Positions 38,231-48,050 of a stretch of DNA of 64,000 nucleotides are shown here, piece by piece. Both the position numbers and the translations under genes were made by a program. Location: NCBI GenBank assembly GCA_013265495.1, contig MU060767.1, forward strand, positions 4,947,546-5,011,545. The letters are read 5' to 3'. This DNA is from Vicugna vicugna. Its lineage: Eukaryota. Below the pieces are notes generated by a model. The model did no database searches, was not told the DNA's origin, and worked only from the letters and a program-made list of their open reading frames with translations. Positions within the stretch are counted from its first letter, which is position 1. Every line of letters begins with the position of its first letter.

Positions 38231-38445
38231 CTGGGGAAGGAGTGGCAAGGCCAGAGTGGGATCAGTTAGGGAAGCCAAAGCCAGACCCAGGTATCTCTAA
38301 CTCACAACCTGAGACCTGTCCCTAGCCAAAGCTACGGCCATTCCTCAGACCCAGCCTCACTCCAGATAGGACCATGCTCATCCCCACTTTCCCCCTCTCC
38401 CCAACAACCCCACCCAGGCCCCACCCCAAAATCCCCAAACCTCAC

Positions 38446-38583
38446 CTGTCTTGAAGCAGGCAGGCTGGATGATGCTGACTTTGATCCCCCAGGGCAGAAG
38501 TTCACAGCTGAATGTGTCCATGAGTAATGCCAGGGCCGCTTTGGAGGTTCCATAGGTAGCCAAGCATGGAAATGGCATGTCTC
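38446..38583 (-). CDS. HSD11B2: HSD11B2 exon 4 (138 nt), catalytic YxxxK
   Basis: Minus ctag|GA GAC ATG...ACA G|gtgagg; [46 protein letters not shown]. Confidence 0.98.
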
Positions 38584-38690
38584 CTAGGGATGGATTGGGA
38601 GTGGGGCAGCTCAGCCTGGGCCAGGGTCTTCAGCATCTCTCCCCACCCTGCTGGGGCACCTTTTCTGCTCCAGTGTGGGAGGGCACTCAC

Positions 38691-38876
38691 CTGCTGGGCT
38701 GCTCACAGTCACGATGCGACCTCTCGAACGGCGTAGCAGTGGCAAGAGGCCCTTGGTCAGCTCAAGCGCACCGAAGAAGTTCACCTCCATGCTGTTGCGG
38801 AACGTGGCCACTGGAGACAGCTCCGCATCGGCCACAAGGATGTTCTGGCCCGCATTGTTGACCAGGCCCCACAGAC
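38691..38876 (-). CDS. HSD11B2: HSD11B2 exon 3 (186 nt), NNAG motif
   Basis: Minus tcag|GT CTG...GCA G|gtgagt; [62 protein letters not shown]. Confidence 0.98.
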
Positions 38877-38994
38877 CTGAGGGCATGGAGCCAGGAGGGA
38901 AGCTGTGGATCAGCCCAGCAGCAAACCTTCAAACCCTGACTTTTCTCACACCCACCGAGCCACACCCTTTCCTGGTGGAGCTGAGCCTCCTGAC

Positions 38995-39207
38995 CTGTGC
39001 TAGCAGTGTGGGTCTTGGTGAACTCCAGTGTGCGGCTAATGTCCGCTGGCTTGGTCAGGTCCATCTGCAGCAGCTTTAGACGAGGGGAACAGCAGGCTCG
39101 CAGCTCTAGGGCACCAGGGCTATCCAACTTCAGCACGGTGGCCAGTACTGTGAAGCCCATGGCGTCTAGCTTCTTGGCTGTCGCCTTGCCGAAACCAGAG
39201 TCACAAC
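38995..39207 (-). CDS. HSD11B2: HSD11B2 exon 2 (213 nt), Rossmann fold
   Basis: Minus ccag|GT TGT...ACA G|gtcagg; [71 protein letters not shown]. Confidence 0.98.
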
Positions 39208-39439
39208 CTGGCCAGGGAAGGACAGCAAGTGAACTCCCACTGTGGCTTAGTCCAGCCCCAGTGGTCACAATGGTCTGGATGGGATCCAGGCCTCTGACAC
39301 CCAACCCCATTAGCCGTCAGCAGCCATCCCTTCTTTCCTAGGCCCATCTCGGGCAGGCTTTGTCCCTTTGGCTGAGCACCTTAATACCAACACTTTCACA
39401 ATTGTCATCTCCTGACTCCTCGTAGCTACCCCACCAAAC

Positions 39440-39960
39440 CTGGCTAACGATCCCCACTACAGCTGAGGAAGCTGAGACCTAGTAGTGCTAAGTTGCTTCC
39501 CAAAGTCACTCAGCCAGCACAGAGTAAGGTCAGGACTGTGTCATACATCAGCTTGAGACCCAGTTCCAGCCCTGATGTCCTTCTGCCTGCTTGATATCAG
39601 GCCTCAGCTCACATGCAGTATTACTACACAGCCTCCCTTCTTTTCTCACTGCCCTTGCCCAGGCTGCTTCCTCTTACCTGGACACTGAAGCTGCCTCTTT
39701 TATAGTTCAGTCCCATCTTGCCCCCTGGAATCCATTCTCTACCTAAGCAGCCAGAGGGATCCTTCCAAAAATGACAATATCACTCTGCTGGTGAAAACCT
39801 CTCCAAGGCTCCCCACAGCCTTTAGGATGAAGCTGAAGTCTCTGCTCCAATCATCCAGGCCCTGTACAATCTGAGCCTGACCCTTCTTTCCAGCCTCAAC
39901 ACCCTCTACTATTGTTCCAGGCTCTAGGCAAGCTGGAGGCCCATCCCCACCTCACCCTTG
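39440..39960. mobile_element. MIR (-, ~39440-39580) followed by L2 (+, ~39620-39960) in HSD11B2 intron 1
   Basis: gaggaagctgagacc...gttgcttcccaaagtcactcagc (MIR); aatccattctc...gcagccagagggatcctt, aaaacctctccaaggctcccca (L2). Confidence 0.6.
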
Positions 39961-42449
39961 ACCACAACCCTTGGAATTCCAATCAGTGGCAACACTGGGG
40001 CAGTCTCTGAGCCCCACACCATTTGCCCCTAGGACAGGGACATGATGGATGAAGATGAGAACAGACCTGTGTTAGAATCCTTTCCTACACCCATCAAATG
40101 TGACCTAAGGTCAGTTACCACTCTGGGATGTATAACTTCCTGTCTTAGATATATAGAGAGATGAACCACCAGGCAAAGCCCAAGTAGGAGTCTGATAAGC
40201 CTCTGCTTCCTAGATTGTTCCCATTCTGATGCTGACTCCATGGTAGACCAGCTAAGGGAGGGGGAGGACCAGTGAGGGAGGAGGCTCTCTGGAGCCTGCC
40301 TCTGTGGTGATCCTGCTGAGCAGAAGCTGCAAAGTGATTCTGCACAACCAGTTTCTCCCATCTCAGCCCTGTCCCCCTCTGCTAAGGCAGAAAACAAAAC
40401 TGGGGGGGGGGGGCGGCGAGCTGCAAGCTTGGCTTTGTGTGACTGGGGACTCACCAGTCAGACCCAACTGAGGAGTCCTTCCTGGGCAAGTCTGGTTGGG
40501 GGAGAGGAAATGAGCACGTGCGTGTGTGTCCATTTGCCTAAGCTCCCTCCCAGAGCAGACAGGCTCTTCACAGGAAAACTGAAACTGCCTCCTACAACTT
40601 TAGCTCTGCAGTTCCAATACAGTCACCCACACCTTGCACACCCTCTTGCTCACCTGCAAACTCAGACACCTGTATACACCTCTAACCTACCTGCAGTGAG
40701 CCATGAACAACAACGGGTCTCTCTCATGAGACCCCTGCCGCTCAGCAGTACACAGACTTGTGCACAAGTCACCCAGCCACTCAACCTAAACCCTGACCCC
40801 AGGGCTGAGCTCCAGGAGTAGCCTTGGCCAGTGGTTCTCAGGGGCATTCTCAGGGAGGGGTGGGGGCAGCTCTGGCAGGCTTAAGACAGTGTTCCTAGCA
40901 GGTGAGGCAGGGCCTGATTACCTACGTGTCTTGCAGTCAAGTGGTGAGAGAGGAAACCTGAGTTTTGGGGCATTGGGAAGCTTGGAGACCTACCCCTGAA
41001 GCTTAGATAAAGTGGGCTGGGCAGTTTTCTCCTCCTCCTCCTGTGGGGCTTTGCAACCACAGCTGGAGGAAGCCCAAGTCACAGAAGGCATCCCTCCTCT
41101 CACTTCACTCTCAGGCTCAAGGTTAGGAGATGTAACAGCAGCAACACAAAGGCCTGAGGTGAGATTTCAGGAAAGACTGCCCTGGACCACTAGTATCTAC
41201 AGATGGCCTGGTTCCTGTTGAGACAGCTCATTAATTAGAAGGCAGGGGAGGAGATGCCCTGTCCCTGGGAGCAGAGCTCACAACCTAGTCCCTGCTTCGT
41301 ACCAGGAGGTCTGTCATCTTTCCTTTCTCAGACTCCTAAAACTGGGGTCCCTTGAAGCTTCTCACTGCACCCTGAACTTAGGTCTCTCCCATCCAGCCTG
41401 AGCCCTGCTCTGTCTCTGCCATCTTTCCCAAAGCCCAAACCTTGATTGCACCCTCACCCTGCCTTAGCACATTCTGGCTACTTGCCTAGCATTCAAGGCC
41501 CCTTCCAAGGAAACAACCTCACATCCCACCACACCCCAGAAGCCAGATTGGTTACTGACTGCCCCCTACCCAGGCCAACCTCATTCTTGCTTCAAGCCTT
41601 TGTCCCACATCTTTCATCTGATCTAAAACATCTTCCACACTCCACCTGTCTCTGCTTATCCTCTGAGGCCCAGCTCAAGGATGGCCTCCTCTGGGAAGTT
41701 CTCCCAGCTCCATCTGATCATGCAGGGCCTCAGTCTACTGGACTGAGATTTCTAAGAAGCCAGTCTGGTGCCCCCAGCCCAGGCCCAGTGCAAGGGGCCA
41801 AAGCACCTGTCCAAAGGCATAGGGGTTAGAGGAGAGACTATACTGCCCCTTCCCAATACAATGGAGCCAGTGCCCCCTAATCTTTCTCCCTTTCCCCACT
41901 TCTGGCTGGGCCTCAGCTCCCCCTTCCCTCCTTCTGCTGACAGATTTATTCCTTGCTCCAGACAAAGGGAGCTCAGTCAGGCAGGCAGAGGTACCTGAGT
42001 TCAACTCTCTAAGACCTCGGCACAGAGGACCAGGAGGGATGGTCCTAGGTGCAGACTCTGGACAGCTACTTCAGCAGTTCAACGGTTGGGGGTGGGATCT
42101 GAGAGGCAGCTTAATGTCCAGCTGTCCCTCATGATGATTTCAAGCTTTTCTGGACTCCAAGGAGCCCAGCCAGTTAGGGGGAAGGAGTCCCAACTCTCCA
42201 TCGAAGCCTCTTCCTCCCATCCCAGGGAAGAGGAGAAGGGACCTCCCACGTGGGGATGTTAGGAAGACTTCAAGGAGTGATCATCCTCTAAAAGTCCCTC
42301 AGAGCAGTATTCCCTGTCCAAAGACTGCTCTCTTGGAGAGGGGCATAGCATAAACCCCAGGAGGCTCCTACTTTCTCAGCCACCAGTTTCCCCTGCGCAC
42401 CCGCCCACTCTCTACCTCATTTTCCTCTAACACCCTTGAAGCCTCAGGT

Positions 42450-43520
42450 AGTTAACCCGGATTTAGGGAGGTGCCCTGCGCTTCCCACTTGGCTCACTTC
42501 CTGCACCCAGGGGAGGGGGACTCTTCCACTCCTGCGCTAGAGGTCCCGCCTTGCCTTGGTATCCCCACGGGGAGCCCTCTAGGTGTCCGGTCCCGCCCTC
42601 GAACCTGGAGTCTCGCTGCTCCGCGCCCTGCGCACTCACCGGTGATGAGCACCGCGCGAGTCGCCACCGGCAGGCGCGGCGAGCGCGCCAGGCGGGACAA
42701 CACGATCCAGCCGGTGGCGGCCAGCACGGCAAGTGCGGCCAGCGGGGGCAGCAGGCGCTGGCACAGCCAGTCGAGCGCGGCCAGCAACGCCAGCGCAGCC
42801 AGCAGCGGGCGGCCCAGACGCAGGTCTGCGCGCAGCAGCTGCAGCAGGGCACGGGCGGCCACGAGCAGCCAGGCGCCGCCCGACGGCCAAGGCCAGCTCT
42901 CCATGGCGGCTGGGACGGGCTGGGCCGGGGTGGGGCAGGGGGCGGGCCAGAGAGCAGGGACTGGAACTCGGGGCCGAGACGAGGGGCACGGGGTCGCAGC
43001 AGAGGACCAGCCAGGGGCAGGAGGGATACTCGCTTTCTCTGTTCGCCCTCGGGCCGAGCTTATAAGGAGTCCGGGGGCGGGGAGAGGGCGGAGCGGAGGC
43101 GGGGAAAGGGCGAGGCTTTCCTTTACTTCTCACCCTGCACCTCTGCCCGACAGGTGCCCCCCACCTCTACTCCCCCGCCCTCTGCTCCGCTCACGCGGCC
43201 AGATCCGCTTTCGAAGAAGCCGGAACCAAGTCGCGAAGTTACTGCTGGAGGAGCAGCCGCCTGCCGCCGGCCTCTAACCCTGGTGCCCTGCATCCGCTCA
43301 CCCCTGCGCCCCGACACACGCGCCCTGAGCTGCTGAACCGCCTTTCCTAGGTGAGCACATCCAGCTCACACTTGCTCGGGACACCTGAGGACACGCACAG
43401 CCTCCATCCAAGCTCCCCATGCTGACAGCACAGCCGTGGCCGAGGGGAACCAACCAGCCCTCACCCGGCAGCCGCCGCCAACGCCGGCACATGCACTATA
43501 CTCCCACGCCTTGCACAGCT
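42450..43520 (-). promoter_or_regulatory. HSD11B2: CpG island / promoter of HSD11B2
   Basis: Dense CpG; TTATAA TATA-like element 43060-43065; GC boxes GGGGCGGG 43074-43081 and CCCCGCCC 43173-43180; TSS inferred near 43030-43045. Confidence 0.9.
42640..42904 (-). CDS. HSD11B2: HSD11B2 exon 1 coding part (265 nt)
   Basis: Kozak gccgccATGG; [33 protein letters not shown]...RAVLITG|gtgagt. The five exons total 1215 nt = 404 aa + stop. Confidence 0.99.
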
Positions 43521-44542
43521 GCAGGTCCCTAGCACACACGTCCTGACACGTGCTTACACCTAAGCTGCCTGCAGCCACCAAATGAGGCTGTGGGGAGCAG
43601 GATGACCGCCTGGGTTCTTGGGCGTCTTTGACCTTCCTTTCCCCTTCCTTCCACTTTCCAGCTCTGGGGTTGCACCAACCCCACCTGCTCCTGCCACACA
43701 AGCGTATGTGTGTGGGTGTGTGTGCTGTGAGGGGAGAGTGGGGTCCGTGGAAGCATCTAGGCCTCCCATTAACTCCAGCCCACCCTTCAACCCCAGGGAC
43801 TCCAAGAGGCAGGCCATTGGGGACACCTGTGGAGTCAGCGAGGGCAACCTCTAGGAGATCCTTAACCTGCTTCCAGGATTCCCCTGGGTATAAAATAAAT
43901 GAATGTGAGTGCATTTCCCTGCCTGTGTGTATGAAGGTCTGTGTTTGTGTGTGGCCTGGTGGCCCCCCCCACTCTGCCCACCCCCGTGTCTGGCACCCTG
44001 TGCTTGGCATCTATGCCAGGAGTTGGTGCCAGTACCTGGCTTCCAGGCTCTATGCTGAAGTCAGTAGGTGCAGCTCATGGCAGAGGAGGTCCCTACTTCA
44101 TATGGACCCTTGCCTGGTGCCTCATCCATGCCTACACTAGGACTCCTCCCAGCCCTTTTGCCCTTTCTCTATCTTAGATGCTCAGGCTCTGTGCCAGGGC
44201 TTCAAGGCAATGCCTCCTCCAAAGCCTTCTCTGCCACCCAGGCATGGCCCCCTGGTGGGCCAGGGGAATCTCAGGGAGGGACTGGGAGTCAGACCCACTT
44301 AAGGGGAGAGGATCTGGGTGGAGGATCCAAGTCCTTCCCAGAGCCACTTCTGTGCTTCCACCTATTCCTCCCCCTGCAAGTACAGATGACAGGTCAGCCC
44401 TGGTCCTGGGAGGCCGGACTTCCCTGGGGAGGGTGTGTGTGCCTGACCTTGGGTACATGACCTTGTGTGCCTATGTATGCCTGTATTTGTATACATTCGT
44501 GTCCATGGGCTCCATAGCTTGTCCATGTACATATGATGTATC

Positions 44543-44703
44543 TCTCCCTGTGCCATGTAAATTTGTGTGTGTGTGTGTGTGTGGTGTGTTTTTCGTGACT
44601 TTCTCCCTTGGTCTGTATCATTATCTCCCTGTGGTAAATTTGTGTGTGTGTGTGTGTGTGTGTGGTGTGTTTTTCGTGACTTTCTCCCTTGGTCTGTATC
44701 ATT
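44543..44703. repeat. Two-copy tandem duplication (~80 bp), each copy containing a TG microsatellite
   Basis: gtaaatt(TG)10gtgtgtttttcgtgactttctcccttggtctgtatcatt 44557-44622 and the same with (TG)12 at 44634-44703. Confidence 0.95.
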
Positions 44704-46219
44704 CTTTGGAAACTCAGGGTAACGCTGATTTTCCAAAACCTGCTGATTGCTGTTGTCCCAAATCTGTGGCTCAGTCTCAGAAGTGGACACAGTACCCTTG
44801 ACCTGGCTTCCTGATCTAAGCTGTAGAACCTGGATAGGTGGGTCCCCCCTAGCTCTAGTCATCCTACTGAGAGTCTGGCTGTGGTTTCTCCAGCTTCATC
44901 CATTAAGGGCTTCCTTTTGTAACTGTGGAGGGGATGCAGAAGGGGTGGTGAGGTGGGGATCCCAGACAGCCTTCAATTTGGTCAAGGCCACACAGGTATA
45001 CCAGCAATTGTCAGAGCAGGAGTCCAAGTGTAGGGAGGTGGAAGTGGGAAAGTAGGGTGAAAACAGAGTCTGGGAAACAGGATCTTACACTGTCCTGGGA
45101 AGGAAACATGAAGGATCCTGACTCACTGGGAAGCCCAAGATGGGGAGAGAGTCTTGCTGAGAGGGGTTGTAGGGAATGAGTGGGGGAATATAGGATGGCT
45201 AGGATGGGCATGGGGTGTTTCCAGTGGGACTGGATGATCTGCCACAGTTTTATTTAACACCCCCTATGGCCTGAAATTCATCCAACTTCCTAGGCCAGGA
45301 GGCTAGGAGGCCAGGCCTCCTTCCCAGGATCTATGCTCTAGCCTCCTGTAGCCTCCTCAGCAGCTGACCCCTTGCTTCTCATCAGGTGGAGACATTCTGG
45401 AAGTAGAAAGGAGGTGGTTCAGGCAGTCATGGCTGGGAGGGGCTGGCCCAGCCCTGTCTGAGGCCTGGTGCCAGGTTGTGCCTGCCCAAGGGCAGAGAAC
45501 CAGCCTCTGCCAGAACCAGAAGTCTGGGCTGGCAGGGGCCTCCAGAGAAAAGAAGGGAGGGGGGCAGAGGGTAGGAGCCCCAGCAGATAAGACAGGGCCT
45601 CGCAGGGGTAGAGGAATGAAGGGCAACCAGAAGGAGCAGAACCCCTGAACCACCCCACCCCGAAGCCCAAAGCCCATAGTCTCCTTTAGTCCTTAGTCCT
45701 GCTCCCTCAACCCCCTTAGTCAGGAACCTAGGGAGTCAAACCTTTAGCATGCCCCAGGCTCTGGGAGGCCATGGGGTGCGTGGGGTCTGGCAGGCCGACT
45801 CTTCTGCTCCATCTGAGTCCAGCAGCTCACTGGCACCATCTGCTGGCCTTTGGGGAGGGCATGGCTCTGAAGGGGATAAAGTGAAGGTAACAGCTGGATT
45901 TGATGATGCTGGGAACAGAAATAGGGGTATTGGGGAGAGAGTTGCCAAGTAGCACTCTCCAAAAGTTCATGCTCTGTTCCCTGACCACATTGGGGTTTCT
46001 TGAGCCAAACACTCTCTTATCACTTCTTCCTTTCTCTGTGGTCAGGCTCAGAAGCAGCAGAGGCCCAAGGAGGCCCTGGCCTGCACTCTGCTCACCCCTG
46101 GCACCCCGACCATCCCTCCCTCCTGGCACAATGGCAGAAGGGAACCTCTTCCTGACAATGACCAGTACCTCCACCCCAAGTTCCAGACCCCATCCTTCCC
46201 CATCCTCAAAGACAACAAG

Positions 46220-47460
46220 ATTTTATTGAGTTCCTACTGCATGCCAGGCCCTGTGCTGGGCACCTTGGATATAATAACTAAACATTGGCTCCTTCCCAGC
46301 AGCATTCACAACAGCTCTGGCCTCTCCTTCTGGTAATCATAATAAAGAACTTCTCCTACCTCAATCCTATATCTCTTTCCTCAAGCATTGTTCTCATGTT
46401 CTCCCCCGCCCCCATTCTCAGCCACATTTCTCTAAAACTGTCAGCAGTCACCATCTCTACTCTCTTCTCCACAACTCCAGCTCTGAGTTTGTTCCCACTC
46501 CCGACCACACCAAAGATTACCAGTGAATGACATCCTAGTCCCTGAATACCATGGACACATCTTTGCTTTCAGTTAACATGGCTTCCTGGATGTCTCTGAA
46601 CTTCTGGCTATTCCTCACTACCCTACGCCCTTTCTCCCTTTGTGTCTGCAAAGCCACTGCTGCTGGATTTCTTCCTACCTCTCTGGCTCTTCCTCTCTGC
46701 CTCTTTCGTGAGCTTCTGTTCCTTGTGGGTGAACCTCTGACTGTGGAGGCCTCATGCTCAGTCTCTCCCTCACCATGACCTCATTTTTCTCCTCACATGC
46801 TGGTGACTCCCACACTATTTTCCAGCCAAGCCTTGCTCTTAACTCCAAGCCCATGTGTCCAGCTGCCCCTGGATGCCTCTCTGGGACACCCATAGGCCCC
46901 TTACACTTGGCATGTCCAAAGATGGTTCTCATCATCTTCCCTAGTTCTGGCAGCCACCCCTTCCCCACCTCATCCTCAATCTTTATTCCACGCACTGGCC
47001 TCCAAGCCTCTTGCTCTGTCCCAAGCCCTGGGTTGTTTATAGAGGACTTACAATAGCCTTTTGTAGTAGGTACCATCATTACTATTTTATATTCAAGGAA
47101 ACTGAGGCTTCCAGAGGCTAAGAAAATTGTTCAAGGTCTCAGACTCAGGTGTACCAGAGCCCAAAATCTGGGCTCTTGAGAACTGTGTTAATGTAGCGCT
47201 ATGTTTGCCACATGTGGCCTCTTAGACTTCATTCTGAGGGCAAAGAAGAGCTGGTAATGGTCTTGAACAAATAAGACCCCTGTCTGGTTTGGGGATGGGA
47301 GAAGAGGGGAGGCTGGGAGTCCTGTTGGAGCATCCACATGAGGGACAAAAGCAGAGGTCTGTTTTGTATAAACTGAGCCCAGAGTGCTTGTGGACATGCG
47401 AGGGCTGAGCCCAGAGGCAGCTGAGTGCCTGTGGTCTCCAGCACATCACTCATGTGACAC
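46220..47460. mobile_element. L2 fragments with a MIR (~47060-47175)
   Basis: ttttattgagttcctactgcatgccaggccctgtgctggg (L2 tail); CT-rich L2 body; ggaaactgaggcttccagagg (MIR). Confidence 0.6.
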
Positions 47461-47829
47461 AGAAGCCTGGGAGACTGCTGACTCCTGGGCATGAACTGAG
47501 TAACCCCTCCCTCTCATCTAGGCTGTGCACCTGGGAGTCAGGCCCCTCAGTTACCAGGGATGGGGGTAGGGAGATGCAGGAAGCCAAGAGTATCACTGAT
47601 ATTTTCAAACTGGCTGGCACCCTCCTCTGAACTTCTTTTCTTTTGCCTCCAAGATTGAAGGCAGATATTTGGGGATTAGGGCCCTGGAGTTTGGAAAACA
47701 CTTAGCAAATTCGCTCTGAAGGTTTTTCTTGACCAGCCCCAGGGGAAAGGCAAGCCCCAGCTGAAAACACTTGCTGGGAGAGCTTGGCTGACTCCAGGTG
47801 AAACTGGTCTTCTTGCGTCCTGCAATTCG

Positions 47830-48050
47830 GTTTTGAGTTATTCATAATCATTTGTCACATTTACTGTGTGCTTGCTGTATGCCAGTCCTTTGTGTTTGGC
47901 CTGCTTGTACTTAATTTTATTTACTATCCTCATATCATCCCTATGAAGCAGGTGTTACCATTTTATACATAAGAAACAGACTCTGAGAGGTAAAGTGACA
48001 TGCCCTAGGTAACTCAGCCTTCCAGACACTCTGCTCCTGACTATTAGGCA
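47830..48050 (-). mobile_element. MIR SINE
   Basis: catttactgtgtgcttgctgtatgcca...ccctatgaagcaggtg...gaaacagactctgagaggtaaagtgacatgcc. Confidence 0.75.

Noticed and set aside
40515-40529. Equivalent of the human HSD11B2 intron-1 CA microsatellite
   Set aside because: Only a short interrupted gtgcgtgtgtgt is present. Orthology cannot be shown and it is too short to be hypervariable.
42471-43336. 261- and 268-aa plus-strand ORFs over the HSD11B2 promoter
   Set aside because: Stop-codon depletion in a CpG island, antisense to exon 1, with Arg/Ala/Gly-rich composition.
43366-44862. Several 166-214-aa ORFs upstream of HSD11B2
   Set aside because: Driven by GC- and TG-rich sequence (HTHT/CVCV runs), with no homology recognised.
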